DNA of 64,000 nucleotides from Oculatellaceae cyanobacterium bins.114 (GCA_033764315.1 JANRJA010000205.1:1-64000), one strand, 5' to 3'. Numbered from the stretch's first letter, positions 36,396-47,430 are shown. Program-made: numbers and translations. Notes: generated from the letters alone by a model not told the origin.

Positions 36396-37616
36396 TTACT
36401 TACTGCCGATCGCATCTAACACACGAGCCGGAAAACCGTGAGTTTGAATCTGTTGCACAATTTTATGCACCTGTTCAGGATCGCGCACCTCAATCACTAA
36501 ATCAAGATGAGTTTGCTTAATCGAGATGTCTGTAAACAGACGTTGATGCTGTACCTCAATAATATTTGCTCCAGCGGCACCGACAATACCTGCGACAGTC
36601 GCCAGCATCCCTGGAATGTCAGGCATCTCAACCCGCAGATAAACAATCCGCTGCGATCGCATTAACCCCCGCATTAAAATCGACGACAAGATGCGGGCAT
36701 CGATATTGCCACCACAAACGACCAACCCCACTTGTTTATCAGCAAATCTTTCGGGATAAGACAACACTGCCGCCAGAGGGGCTGCTCCGGCTCCTTCTGC
36801 CACGAGATGACCTTCAGCCGCTATGAGTTGCACAGCCGATTCCAAACTCGGTTCACTCACCAACACAATATCATCGACATATTGGTCAATAATGGCGCGA
36901 GTTAACTTGCCCGGATGTTTGACAGCAATGCCTTCAGCAATCGTTTGCCCAGTCAAGGTTGGGGTTTGGCCATAGCGTAGTTGATACATCGATGGACACA
37001 ACTCAGTTTGCACCCCAATGATCTGAATACTGGGTTTCAACGCTTTAGCGGCGATCGCCATCCCCGAAATCAGCCCACCCCCCCCAATCGGGATCACCAG
37101 CATCTCTAAATCAGGGCAATCAGCAAGCATCTCTAGAGCAATGGTGCCCTGCCCCTGAATCACATGGTAATCGTCGTAGGGATGCACAAACGTCAATCCC
37201 TCCTCGATCGCTAACTCGTGAGCAAAAGCAGAAGCCGCCTCTAAGCCATCCCCTTGTAACATGACTCTGGCTCCAAAGCTTGCCGTCCGTTGCACTTTGA
37301 TGTAAGGCGTCCCCTGGGGCATGACGATGGTGGCTGGAATGCCAAGTCGTTGAGCATGATAAGCCACCCCCTGAGCATGATTGCCCGCTGACATGGCAAT
37401 TACCCCAGCCGCCGCTTCATTGGCGGTTAGATGTTTGAGCTTGACCAATGCTCCACGTTCTTTGAAGGAGCCAGTGATCTGAAAATTTTCTAGCTTTAAA
37501 AATAGGTTGGTATGGGCGATCGCTGAGAGTGATCGAGACAGGCATGTTGGTGTTCTCACAACCGCTTGTCGGATCAAATCAGCAGCAATTTGGATATCTT
37601 CTAGCGTGACGGCCAT
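36396..37616 (-). CDS. Threonine ammonia-lyase, short type with one C-terminal ACT domain
   Basis: KLENFQITGSFKERGA, SAGNHAQG, IGGGGLISG, CGGNID, and an ACT domain (DIPGML...GANIIEV). Confidence 0.93.
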   Translation of the reverse strand: MAVTLEDIQIAADLIRQAVVRTPTCLSRSLSAIAHTNLFLKLENFQITGSFKERGALVKLKHLTANEAAAGVIAMSAGNHAQGVAYHAQRLGIPATIVMPQGTPYIKVQRTASFGARVMLQGDGLEAASAFAHELAIEEGLTFVHPYDDYHVIQGQGTIALEMLADCPDLEMLVIPIGGGGLISGMAIAAKALKPSIQIIGVQTELCPSMYQLRYGQTPTLTGQTIAEGIAVKHPGKLTRAIIDQYVDDIVLVSEPSLESAVQLIAAEGHLVAEGAGAAPLAAVLSYPERFADKQVGLVVCGGNIDARILSSILMRGLMRSQRIVYLRVEMPDIPGMLATVAGIVGAAGANIIEVQHQRLFTDISIKQTHLDLVIEVRDPEQVHKIVQQIQTHGFPARVLDAIGSK

Positions 37617-37671
37617 TCAGATATCTCATCCTTGTCTACCAACACCCATTTCGTAAGCACTTGACTCGAAA

Positions 37672-37743
<72 letters not shown>

Positions 37744-37824
37744 ACGCGAATCTTATCCTAGCGGTAAGTGAAACCTTTTGGCAAGTCTCAGAGAGATGTT
37801 TTTTAAGATGGTTTTGCGAGGGGC

Positions 37825-38385
37825 TTACTTTTCTTGGCCGTCTAACCCCAACCGCAATTGCGCCAAGCGTTGTTGTGCGATCGGGTCGAGCGAGCTGGCC
37901 AAAAACCGTTGGGGCGATCGCCCTTTCGTCCGTTGCGTTTTTCGCACTCGATAAGTTGCCCCTTCTACCTCTGCCCAGAGTTTTTGAGCCGACATACACT
38001 CTGCCCCATAACCCACGACAGTCAGGCGTTGCGCTTCATCAGAAGTAGCAACAACCAAGCGTTGATTAAACTTACGCAGGTCGTTGCGAAAACGCGAACA
38101 GGCTAACTCAATGTAGGAGTCAGCCGTTTGTTTGTAATCGGTGTAAAAAATTGCAAAGTGGCGATTGATCACCTCGCGCGTGCCAGGAGTGCCTTGATAT
38201 TGGGCGTCAAACACCACCTCGGTATCAAAGTCTTGATAGGCACTGTAACTGAGTAATGACTCAACCAGGGTACGACGAGCCGCCGCCAAGCCATCGCGAT
38301 CGCGAATTTCTCTCAACTCAGGCCACGCTCCAATCATGTTGTAGCCATCGACTAACAAAATTCCTTGAGGTGCAGAGCGTGCCAT
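37825..38385 (-). CDS. NYN domain protein, YacP/Rae1 family ribonuclease
   Basis: LLVDGYNMIG, VVFDA, TADSYIE, VATSD. Confidence 0.92.
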   Translation of the reverse strand: MARSAPQGILLVDGYNMIGAWPELREIRDRDGLAAARRTLVESLLSYSAYQDFDTEVVFDAQYQGTPGTREVINRHFAIFYTDYKQTADSYIELACSRFRNDLRKFNQRLVVATSDEAQRLTVVGYGAECMSAQKLWAEVEGATYRVRKTQRTKGRSPQRFLASSLDPIAQQRLAQLRLGLDGQEK

Positions 38386-38579
38386 AGCTTTCAGCGATTT
38401 AGGTTGGCATAGGAAAAATCGATATGTTCTTCTTATATAATGCCCTGTTTGATTGCAATGTGTAAACTGAATTCTTCCTAAGATGAGCCTATTTCAACCC
38501 TATGAATGAGAGACTTGCCAACACAACTCATTTGGGATTGCTATAGATTTGACAAGTAACACCTGCATTTGGGGATGGT

Positions 38580-38930
38580 ATGGACAAAATTAACCTAACC
38601 GAAAAATTGGCTCAATTTTCAGAATATTGGTCGCCCAAAACAGTGGCTCAACTCAATCACTACGACATCATGGTAGTTAAAGTCAAAGATGAGTTTGTTT
38701 GGCATAAACATGACGATACAGATGACTTTTTTCTCGTGCTAAAAGGGCGGCTGACGATTCAACTGCGCGATCGCGATGTCCAGCTTGAAGCGGGTGAGCT
38801 TTTTGTTGTCCCTCGTGGGGTTGAGCATCGACCCGTCGCAACCGAAGAGGTTCATCTTTTATTAATTGAGCCAACAGGAACCCCTAACACTGGAGACCCA
38901 GAGACAGCCGCTTCTCGACAACTGATTTAA
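38580..38930 (+). CDS. Cupin domain protein
   Basis: EFVWHKHDDTDDFFLVLKG...GELFVVPRGVEH. Confidence 0.92.
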   Translation: MDKINLTEKLAQFSEYWSPKTVAQLNHYDIMVVKVKDEFVWHKHDDTDDFFLVLKGRLTIQLRDRDVQLEAGELFVVPRGVEHRPVATEEVHLLLIEPTGTPNTGDPETAASRQLI

Positions 38931-39124
38931 GAACGGTTTACTATTCTCTCTTCAATAGATAAAGATTAAGCGATGGCTGCCTTGAATAGGCTCTGTCAGA
39001 CTCAGTATGTGCATATCAGAAACGGTATTATTTGTATGAAGGATGAGTGAGAAGTAAGGGTTCTTTTCTGACGCCCAAACATCGGTTTAGAAGATACTAG
39101 ATAACCCCGTATGCGACTTTCCCC

Positions 39125-39190
39125 AGATCCCCGGTTGCTGTGAAGCAGATCAGACTACTTTGAGGATGCTGAACGAGCAACCGGGGATCT
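39125..39190. repeat. Small inverted-repeat element (15-bp arms)
   Basis: AGATCCCCGGTTGCT ... AGCAACCGGGGATCT. Related sequences at 11397, 11500 and 59549. Confidence 0.75.
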
Positions 39191-39414
39191 AAACCTCTAA
39201 GTTGCACATCGCGTTAGATAAGGCCAAACGAGACATTTTTTATACGCAACTGCCTCAACCAGTGTTAATTAGATTAAAACTGCGATCGCAGACAGGGTGT
39301 CAATTGGCACATGTTTCAAGTCTAAAACGTCATGTTGTGCTGATGGTCTTTGAGGAAACGATAGCAAGAACTGATAACAAAGTTCTCCTGATGGCTAACC
39401 CTCTTTAAAAACGA

Positions 39415-42400
39415 ATGCAACGCACTCTGAAATTAGCTAAGACATTAGCTAACCAGCTTCAACGCCCCAAATTGCCCTTAAAACTGATTTTGATCGCTCC
39501 TTTCGTGATCCAGATTTTTTTGGCAGTGGGGTTGACTGGGTATATTTCTCTGCGCAACGGACAAAAAGCAGTTAACGACGTGGCAAGGCAGTTGCGGGAT
39601 GAAGTGACTACCCGCATTAAACGAGAGCTATTGACCCATTTAGACAGTGCTCAAGTCGTCAATCAGATTAATGTAGACGGTTTGGAGTTAGGAACACTAG
39701 ATGCTGGGCATTTGGCAAGTCTAGAACAGCACCTCTATCGGCAACTCCAGCACTTTAGCGCGATCACTAGCATTACGATCGCTAGCGAACAGCCAAACTA
39801 TATTGGGCTTGGATATGACGATCAAGACCGCTCTTCGTTGTATTTGTCGGTGTGGAATAACGCCGAAGGGGGGACTTTTGATTGGCTGATCGAGTCATCC
39901 GGCAGACGCCAATTGCTAGATAAAGACCTGACCTATGACCACCGACAACGCCCCTGGTATCTCGACACCTTGCATGCCAACAAACCGATCTGGAATGACG
40001 TTTATGTCACGGTTTTGCCCCCTGATCTGGTTGTTTCGGCAAGCCAACCGTTTTATAACTTGCAGGGTAAACCACTTGGTGTGGTCAGCACAGATATTGC
40101 CTTAGCTGAGTTCAGTCAATTTCTCCAACAGCTAGAGATTGGTCAAACGGGAGAAGCGTTTATTGTTGAAAGAAGCGGTCTTTTAGTCGCGGCTTCGATT
40201 GACCAACCCCCCTTTAAAGTAGATGCCCAAACTGAGGAACCGATTAGGCTTAAGGCAACCGATAGCTCAAACGAGTTGGTTAGTAGCACCACTCAAGCTT
40301 TGATTGACCACTTTGGTGAGCTGAGCCGCATCCATCAACCAGAACAAGTCGATTTCACAATAGATGGCGATCGCATGTTTGTTCAGGTTGCTCCATTTAA
40401 CGACGAGCGAGGGCTAGATTGGCTCGTGGTAGTGGTGGTACCTGAAGCAGATTTCATGGCTCAGATTAATGCCAATACCCACACGACAATTTGGTTATGT
40501 GTTGGGGCTTTATGGGTTGCAGTGGGCTTTGGCATTCTGACAACCCGCTGGATTTCTCAACCGATTTTGCGTCTGCATCAAGCGAGTCAGGCGATCGCCC
40601 AAGGCAATTTAAACCAGCAGATCGAGACTCAGATTCCCGTGACCGAACTAGAGGGAATGGCTCAGTCATTTAATTGGATGGCAGAGCAGGTGCGCACCTC
40701 CTTTGAAAAAATTGAAACCGAGCTTTATGAATCTGAAGAGAGATTTACCAAAGTATTTCGGTTTAGCCCTGACCCAATTGCCATTACCACTTTTAAAGAT
40801 GGGAAATTCATTGTGGTTAACGACAGTTTTCTCCAATGGTATGGCTATACCCGCTCTGAGATTGTCGGTCGAACCTCTAATGACCTCAATCTCTGGCAAG
40901 ACCCAGACGAATATCAATCTGTCATTCAACAACTCCAACGACAGGGCGTCGTACGCGATTTGGAGGTAATGCATTACACCAAAGCGGGTGACGTGAGAAC
41001 AATGCTGTTGTCGGCTGAAAAAATTGACCTGGATGGGCAAGCCTGTGTCATTGGCATTACGAAAGACATTAGCGATCGCAAACGAGTGGAAGACGAGCGC
41101 AAACAGGTGGAAGTCACATTGCGTCACGCTAAAGAAGCGGCTGATGCGGCCAACAAAGCCAAAAGTGAGTTTCTCGCCAACATGAGTCACGAATTGCGAA
41201 CTCCCCTCAATGCCATTCTTGGCTTTAGTGACCTGATGAGTCTGGATGACTCTTTAACACCCGAGCAGAAAGACAATTTGGGCATTATTCATCGCAGTGG
41301 TGATCATTTGCTCAAGCTGATTAATGATGTGTTGGATTTATCTAAAATTGAGGCGGGCAAAGTGGCACTCCAGGAGGAGCCTTTTGATCTGCACCATTTG
41401 CTAACATCACTCCAAGCAATGATGCACCTAAAAGCCAACGCCAAAGGGGTCAAGCTTGTTTTTGAGATCTCTCCCGCTGTGCCACAGATCATAGATGGCG
41501 ATGAGGGCAAGCTGCGGCAAGTCTTGATGAACTTGTTAGATAATGCCACTAAATTTACAGACTCCGGCTCGGTCACCTTAAAAGCTAGTCAGGAAGCTAA
41601 CCCCAACGAGTCAGACAGCCTTTCCTATGCCCAGTCCTCTATCTTGCGAATTGAAGTAACTGACACTGGTTCTGGTATTGCTTCAAATGAAATGGAGACG
41701 CTTTTTCAACCTTTTATGCAAGCCGAAGCCGGACGTCAATCAAACCAAGGAACCGGTTTGGGGTTGTCGATTAGCAAAAAATTGGTGCAACTGATGGGGG
41801 GTGATATGACCGTCAGCAGTGCTCCCCATCAAGGAACTAAATTCACTATTACCTTGCCTCTTAAACCTCTACAGCCCGTCATTCACTCCCAAAACCCAGC
41901 CTCACAGCGAGTGATTGAGGTTGCTCCTGGTCAACCCACCTATCGGGTTTTGATTGTTGATGATGTCTATGCCAATCGGCTGCTGCTGATCAAAATGCTG
42001 GCTCCCCTCAAATTGGATATTTTAGAAGCAGAGAATGGTTATGAGGCGATCGCCTGTTGGCAAAACCATCGTCCCCATCTCATCTGTATGGACATGCGAA
42101 TGCCTGGAATGGATGGGTATGAAGCGACTCGCCACATCAAAGCCGCCTCATCAGGAGAGTTTCCTATCATTATTGCTGTGACGGCCAGTGCTATGGAAGA
42201 CGAACATGCGTTGGCATTATCAGCTGGTTGTGATGACTTTATGAGCAAACCTATTAAAAAAGACAGTCTCCTGACTAAAATCGCCACTCATTTACACCTG
42301 ACCTATCTATATGAGAGAGGTCACTCACTGTTAGCCCCCACTGCATCAGTCAGTCCTAAGCAAGAGTCTGCCGATTTCTATCAAAAGGCGATCGCCAGTA

Positions 42401-42615
42401 TGCCACTTGATTGGTGTAATGCCCTGTATTTTGCAGCCTCCATCGGCAGCTCGAGACGAGTTGAACTATTGATCGCCCAAATTCCTGAGACCCATGCCTC
42501 ACTGACAACTTACTTGCAAGCGTTAACCGCTGACTTTTGCTTTGACGAAATTTGTGAGTTAGTAGAATCAACAGGATTGAGCCTTGACGGATCGAGTCAC
42601 TCAGCAGATACCTGA
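39415..42615 (+). CDS. Hybrid sensor histidine kinase (Cache-HAMP-PAS-HisKA-HATPase-REC)
   Basis: Two transmembrane segments, YDHRQRPWY Cache motif, PAS ending KDISDRK, MSHELRTPLN, GTGLGL, REC with VDD and MDMRMP. Confidence 0.95.
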   Translation: MQRTLKLAKTLANQLQRPKLPLKLILIAPFVIQIFLAVGLTGYISLRNGQKAVNDVARQLRDEVTTRIKRELLTHLDSAQVVNQINVDGLELGTLDAGHLASLEQHLYRQLQHFSAITSITIASEQPNYIGLGYDDQDRSSLYLSVWNNAEGGTFDWLIESSGRRQLLDKDLTYDHRQRPWYLDTLHANKPIWNDVYVTVLPPDLVVSASQPFYNLQGKPLGVVSTDIALAEFSQFLQQLEIGQTGEAFIVERSGLLVAASIDQPPFKVDAQTEEPIRLKATDSSNELVSSTTQALIDHFGELSRIHQPEQVDFTIDGDRMFVQVAPFNDERGLDWLVVVVVPEADFMAQINANTHTTIWLCVGALWVAVGFGILTTRWISQPILRLHQASQAIAQGNLNQQIETQIPVTELEGMAQSFNWMAEQVRTSFEKIETELYESEERFTKVFRFSPDPIAITTFKDGKFIVVNDSFLQWYGYTRSEIVGRTSNDLNLWQDPDEYQSVIQQLQRQGVVRDLEVMHYTKAGDVRTMLLSAEKIDLDGQACVIGITKDISDRKRVEDERKQVEVTLRHAKEAADAANKAKSEFLANMSHELRTPLNAILGFSDLMSLDDSLTPEQKDNLGIIHRSGDHLLKLINDVLDLSKIEAGKVALQEEPFDLHHLLTSLQAMMHLKANAKGVKLVFEISPAVPQIIDGDEGKLRQVLMNLLDNATKFTDSGSVTLKASQEANPNESDSLSYAQSSILRIEVTDTGSGIASNEMETLFQPFMQAEAGRQSNQGTGLGLSISKKLVQLMGGDMTVSSAPHQGTKFTITLPLKPLQPVIHSQNPASQRVIEVAPGQPTYRVLIVDDVYANRLLLIKMLAPLKLDILEAENGYEAIACWQNHRPHLICMDMRMPGMDGYEATRHIKAASSGEFPIIIAVTASAMEDEHALALSAGCDDFMSKPIKKDSLLTKIATHLHLTYLYERGHSLLAPTASVSPKQESADFYQKAIASMPLDWCNALYFAASIGSSRRVELLIAQIPETHASLTTYLQALTADFCFDEICELVESTGLSLDGSSHSADT

Positions 42616-42737
42616 GGGAAACTCGAAGCCATGCAATCTAGGGGTAGATGAGACATTCCTGCGCAACTATCTCATCCCATGCTCCAGCCATTGGGGTGTA
42701 ACCTCAATGGCGGTTAGTCACACCTTGTACGATCCTC

Positions 42738-43940
42738 TTACTGCGACACTAAGTTCGGCTCAAACCGGATATTGGCTTGCTTAAATCGATCGAGGGCTTC
42801 TTGCAGGCGATCGCAGTCAGCAATCAAGCTCACCCGAACATAGCCTTCTCCTCCGGCTCCAAAGGCGTTTCCAGGGGTCAGGACGACGCCTGTCTGTTGC
42901 AGCACGTTTAACGCGAAGTCAGTAGAACTCAGCCCCGGTGGGCAAGGCACCCAAAGATACATAGTGGCTTTGGTCTTAGGCACAGTCCAGCCCAACTCAC
43001 CTAACCCCTGAATCAGGAAGTCTCGACGAGTACGATAGCGGGCTTGCACTTCATGCAGATAGACATCGGGTAACTGTAAAGCGGTCTCGGCAGCGGCTTG
43101 CAACGCCGCAAAAATGCCATAGTCGAGGTTGGTCTTCAGCGTTCGCAACCCCTGGATAATGTGCCGATTGCCCACAACAAACCCAACTCGCCAACCCGCC
43201 ATGTTGTAAGTTTTTGAGAGGGTGTGAAACTCAACTCCAATTTCTTTGGCACCGGGAATCTCTAAAAGGCTAGTGGGATGATAGCCATCAAAGGCTAGCT
43301 CGGCGTAGCACAGATCGTGAACTAAAAGGATTTCGTGCTTGCGGGCAAAGGCGACGATATCTTCAAAAAATTCACGAGATGCGGTCGCCCCAGTCGGGTT
43401 GCTGGGATAGTTGAAATAGAGAATTTTGGCTTGTTGGGCAACCGAGTCAGGAATGGCTGCCAGGTCAATTACCCAATCTTGTTCAGGTTTGAGAATCAGA
43501 GGATAAATTTTGCCTCCCGCGATCGCCGGTCCACGAAAATGGGCTGGATAAGCCGGACTGGGAACTAAGACTGTATCTCCTGGGTTGATGTAGGCGATCG
43601 CCAAATGCGTCAACCCTTCTTTGGAACCCAATAGAGGCAGTGCTTCTCCTTCGGGATCAAGTTCGACCCCATAACGCCGATGATACCAATCGGTGATAGC
43701 CCGACGAAAACTGGCAGTGCCTTCAAACGGGGGATATCCATGATTGGCAGGGTTTTGCAGAGCCGCGATCGCGGCTTCGACAATCGGTTGAGGGGTAGCA
43801 CCGTCTGGGTTGCCCATACCCAAATCAATCAGATCTAACCCCTGTTCTCGAGCACGGGCTTTTAACTCATCCAGTCGGGCAAAGACATAAGGGGGAAGGG
43901 CACTCAAGCGGTCGGCTTGGCTAATCCAATCTAAACTCAT
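42738..43940 (-). CDS. Class I/II aminotransferase (aspartate / LL-DAP aminotransferase-like)
   Basis: IDLGMGNPD, NYPSNPTG, HDLCY, TLSKTYNMAGWRVG. Confidence 0.92.
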   Translation of the reverse strand: MSLDWISQADRLSALPPYVFARLDELKARAREQGLDLIDLGMGNPDGATPQPIVEAAIAALQNPANHGYPPFEGTASFRRAITDWYHRRYGVELDPEGEALPLLGSKEGLTHLAIAYINPGDTVLVPSPAYPAHFRGPAIAGGKIYPLILKPEQDWVIDLAAIPDSVAQQAKILYFNYPSNPTGATASREFFEDIVAFARKHEILLVHDLCYAELAFDGYHPTSLLEIPGAKEIGVEFHTLSKTYNMAGWRVGFVVGNRHIIQGLRTLKTNLDYGIFAALQAAAETALQLPDVYLHEVQARYRTRRDFLIQGLGELGWTVPKTKATMYLWVPCPPGLSSTDFALNVLQQTGVVLTPGNAFGAGGEGYVRVSLIADCDRLQEALDRFKQANIRFEPNLVSQ

Positions 43941-45130
43941 CCTTCGACCTCGCTGCGACAGGATTGTAGGCTTGACAAATCAGCATAGTCTGAGGTTGTT
44001 TCAGTAGTAGGAGCCGTTGTGGAAACCATCGCTGCAATCAGTTGAGTCGGGGTTACTTCAAAGGGCAAACGATGAATATCAGACTTAGGAGAGCAAGCCA
44101 GCTCAGTGGTTCGTTGCAAATCACCCAGTTTGACATCTCGCAGCCCCAAGTCATTCAAGGTTTGGGGCAAGCCAATTTCTCCATAAAATTTGAGCAGTTG
44201 TTGACGGGCAGTGGCGGCAAGGCGGTTGCCCTGCACCATCTCTTCTAGCCGCAACTGCACCAAAATTCCGTAAGCTACTTTTTCTCCATGTAATGTGCCG
44301 TGGCTTTCGAGTAAATGAGTTAAGCCATTGTGAACCGCATGGGCAGCCACTGTGCGACACTGTGCCCCACCTAAGCCCCCAATCACCCCTGCCATTAACA
44401 CCGTCGCATCAACAACATCTCGCCAAACTTCACTTCCGGGCGATCGCAGAGCCGCCGCTGATTTTTGCAAGAGAATATCGCGTAATACTCTGGCTTGTTG
44501 AACGGCTCCGATAATGAGCGTGCGTTCAGAGTGGCCGCTACTGACTGAGGCTTCATACCACTTTGCCAGAGCGTCGCCAATGCCCGCGACTAACATGCGT
44601 TGGGGTGCGGTTTGCACCAAGTCATAGTCCAACACGAGCAGATTGGGGCATTGAGGCAGCGTCACATCGTATAAAAACGCCCCTTGATTTGAGTAAACGT
44701 TGGAGAGAGCCGTCCACGCCGCACAAGTTGCCCCAGATGTAGGAATGGTGACAATCGGCAGTTGGGCTTGATGTGCCAGCAATTTGGCTGCATCCAAGGC
44801 TTTACCACCCCCGACTCCAATGATGCAATCGGCTTGATGTTGAGCGATCGCCTCTCTTAACTGAGCGAGGCTAGCTTCGCTGCAATCTGACCCATAAGAA
44901 GCGTTAGCTGCTTGAAGCGATCGCGACTCTAACACAGGTCGCAAAAAGGGTTGTACCAGGTTTAAGGTGCGATCGCCTCCCACCACTAAAGGTCGCTGAC
45001 CTAATCGGGCGATCGCCTCTGCCGCCTGTGCTAATGCCTGATGTCCTCGTATGACCTGGGCTGGAGCAATCATCAGCGATAACACAGGAGGAGAATGGGT
45101 TGCCTCTAAGGACGGTGATAGATGGGTCAT
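43937..45130 (-). CDS. Glycerol dehydrogenase-like iron-containing alcohol dehydrogenase
   Basis: GVGGGKALDAAK, AGIGDALAKWYEA, AAHAVHNGL, LHGEKVAYG. Start at 45130 or 45145. Confidence 0.92.
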   Translation of the reverse strand: MTHLSPSLEATHSPPVLSLMIAPAQVIRGHQALAQAAEAIARLGQRPLVVGGDRTLNLVQPFLRPVLESRSLQAANASYGSDCSEASLAQLREAIAQHQADCIIGVGGGKALDAAKLLAHQAQLPIVTIPTSGATCAAWTALSNVYSNQGAFLYDVTLPQCPNLLVLDYDLVQTAPQRMLVAGIGDALAKWYEASVSSGHSERTLIIGAVQQARVLRDILLQKSAAALRSPGSEVWRDVVDATVLMAGVIGGLGGAQCRTVAAHAVHNGLTHLLESHGTLHGEKVAYGILVQLRLEEMVQGNRLAATARQQLLKFYGEIGLPQTLNDLGLRDVKLGDLQRTTELACSPKSDIHRLPFEVTPTQLIAAMVSTTAPTTETTSDYADLSSLQSCRSEVEG

Positions 45131-45272
45131 AGCAAAATTACACAATAAACACGGGTATGCAAATCATGCATTGAAGCAATGCAAAACCAGATTGAACCTC
45201 TAAAAGGGGTCTAACGAATCACTCTAATGGTATCGATTACTTTACTACAGCTACGTCAGAATCGGGTTGCTC

Positions 45273-45806
45273 TCAACTGGCTGAGGGGACGGGTGTTGCC
45301 TCAGGTTGAGGTAACTTTGCCAAACTATCAGGATAAAGCTTGATTTCCATCGACTCATCATCCCGCACAAACAGCGATCGCCGCACTTGCCCCAGATACA
45401 GCGGCTCTGAGATGCCAGGGGCTGGATGTAAAACGGTGCGCGCTCGAACAGTAAGCTTATCTTCACCCCGACTGAGGCGTCCTGGAGAATACAGATCGCT
45501 GGCGGCTTGTTGCAGCGTAGCCGTGAGTTGCTCTGCTGTGATCGCTTGAGGAACTGTGATGACCACCTGTGCAGCCCCTGAATCGTAGACCGTTGCAAAC
45601 CTGACTGCTCCAGGGATGACCGTGCGAGTAAAGGGCACGACACCTAGAGCAAATAAGCCAACCGTGAGGACTCCCATAAACCCAGTGACTCCAACCAACC
45701 GAAAGCGAAAGCCCCACTTCAGCAGAAAGGCGAGTCCGGTGATCACCCCCATTCCAATAGTCGCAATGCCTGCCCACTGGGCATAGGTCGAGAAATTATC
45801 CATCAT
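45273..45806 (-). CDS. ycf51: Ycf51 family protein
   Basis: WGFRFRLVGVTGF, YDSGAAQVVI, LQQAASDLYSPGR. Confidence 0.9.
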   Translation of the reverse strand: MMDNFSTYAQWAGIATIGMGVITGLAFLLKWGFRFRLVGVTGFMGVLTVGLFALGVVPFTRTVIPGAVRFATVYDSGAAQVVITVPQAITAEQLTATLQQAASDLYSPGRLSRGEDKLTVRARTVLHPAPGISEPLYLGQVRRSLFVRDDESMEIKLYPDSLAKLPQPEATPVPSAS

Positions 45807-45845
45807 CCACTGTTCCTTATCATCTCTGGATTATTCGTTGCTCAC

Positions 45846-46307
45846 CTATTCGTTACTCACAAAGCCAGCAGGTTGAGCCGAAGGCAGTTCCAACGCTGCT
45901 TTGAGGGTATGCCAACTGAGATTGGCACATTTAATTCGCACTGGAAACTGGGCAACGCCCTGCATCACATTTAACTTTCGCAACTCTTGAGGAAACTCAG
46001 CTTCACCTTTCATCATGGCCTGAAACTGCTGCACCATTGCCAGAGCTTCAGTGGCAGTTTTTCCTTTTAATGCTTCTGCCATTAGATCAGCCGATGCCAT
46101 TGCGATCGCGCAACCTTCACCCTCAAACTTGACATCTTGAATGCGATCATCAGCCAAATGCAGGGTGATCTCAATCGTGTCGCCACAGGAAGGATTGTGT
46201 CCCTTTTGGTAGCGATCGATCGGATCAGTCTTCCCTTTGTTTCGAGGCTTTTTGTAGCGTTCTAAAATGACCTGCTGATAGAGGTCACGTAAATTGTCCA
46301 GGGACAT
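45846..46307 (-). CDS. sufU: SufU-type Fe-S assembly sulfur transfer protein
   Basis: DLYQQVIL, HNPSCGD, GEGCAI..ASA, FPVRIKCA.L.W, with the SufU-type insertion before the last Cys. Confidence 0.9.
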   Translation of the reverse strand: MSLDNLRDLYQQVILERYKKPRNKGKTDPIDRYQKGHNPSCGDTIEITLHLADDRIQDVKFEGEGCAIAMASADLMAEALKGKTATEALAMVQQFQAMMKGEAEFPQELRKLNVMQGVAQFPVRIKCANLSWHTLKAALELPSAQPAGFVSNE

Positions 46308-46493
46308 GGCTAGATTGGCATCTTCTATAGTTCTTTCTTGATCCTATCAGTGTCATTGGGGGATTGAGTGTTTTAGTACTGGGTGCTGAGAGTTAGGTGC
46401 TGAGGGTTGAGGGGTTTTTGCTAACGGTCAAGGGTTAAATGACCCAGAACTCATGGCGATCGCTAGAATGAGAAATCAGAATTACGCGAATGT

Positions 46494-47273
46494 ATGCTGC
46501 CACGAGAAGACTTGCTCAAGGGAATTGAAAATCGAGATACAGCCGCGCGAGCGATTGATCAAGCAGAGCAGGCCATTAAAACATGGGAAGTCGTCTACAC
46601 CGATTTTTTGTCACCCCCAGAATGGGTCGATGTGCAACAGATGTTTGCCCGACTCACAGAGGTGCAAATTTTGCCTTGGGGAGGATATCCGCAGGCAGAA
46701 CGGCAGCGAGTGGCGATCGCCCGGTCTGAGCTACCCCTCGATCAAAACCAGGTGGCGATCGCGGCTCTCGATATCAGCGGCAATTTTTTGTTTGATCCTG
46801 CAACACACCGTGACTTTTTAGGATCGCTGTTGGGAACGGGTATTGTCCGCGAAAAAGTGGGAGACATCCTCGTTTTAGGAGAACGCGGTGCTCAGGCGAT
46901 CGTAGTGCCAGAGATGGTGGAATTTTTAGAACTCAACCTGACCCAGGTGCGATCGGTGCCTGTAAAAACGCGGCGAATTGACCTGAATGAGTTAAAAATC
47001 CGAGAACCCAAAAAGAAAGAGATGACGACTGTTGAGGCATCGTTGCGATTAGATGCGATCGCCTCTGCTGGGTTTGGCATGTCTCGTAGCAAAATGGCAG
47101 ACTTGATTACGGCTGGAGATGTGCGTGTCAATTGGCGAGAGGTGACTCAGTCTAGCCATCAACTCAAAGCCGGAGATCTGGTTGCTATTCGAGGCAAAGG
47201 GCGATTGGAAGTTGGCGAAATTGCGGTCACTAAAAAAGATCGGTATCGTGTGCAGTTGACCCGATTAATGTAG
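46494..47273 (+). CDS. Photosystem II S4-domain protein (YlmH family)
   Basis: TDFLSPPE, GGYPQAERQR, HRDFLG, SLRLDAIASAGFGMSRSK. Confidence 0.94.
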   Translation: MLPREDLLKGIENRDTAARAIDQAEQAIKTWEVVYTDFLSPPEWVDVQQMFARLTEVQILPWGGYPQAERQRVAIARSELPLDQNQVAIAALDISGNFLFDPATHRDFLGSLLGTGIVREKVGDILVLGERGAQAIVVPEMVEFLELNLTQVRSVPVKTRRIDLNELKIREPKKKEMTTVEASLRLDAIASAGFGMSRSKMADLITAGDVRVNWREVTQSSHQLKAGDLVAIRGKGRLEVGEIAVTKKDRYRVQLTRLM

Positions 47274-47326
47274 TGCCAAGGCATGAGGAGACGCGATTAA
47301 TCATGCTTCCTCATGGCATTACCTCA

Positions 47327-47337
47327 TGTGTTATCCT
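47327..47337 (+). promoter_or_regulatory. Probable extended -10 promoter of rpsB-tsf
   Basis: TGTG-T-TATCCT just upstream of the leader, analogous to extended -10 promoters of rpsB in other bacteria. Confidence 0.5.
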
Positions 47338-47355
47338 TGTAAAGTTGTCTAAAAT

Positions 47356-47430
47356 CACACACTCAGGATTTCGGGTGTTTCTGAATCAATTGAGACAGAG
47401 ATGCACCTGGGTGGAGGATTAACCCGAAAG
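47356..47430 (+). ncRNA. rpsB leader RNA (t44 / cyano-30S-like S2 autoregulatory element)
   Basis: CACACAC...TTTCGGGTG...TGGAGGATTAACCCGAAA, with complementary TTCGGGT/ACCCGAA, immediately upstream of rpsB. Confidence 0.8.
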
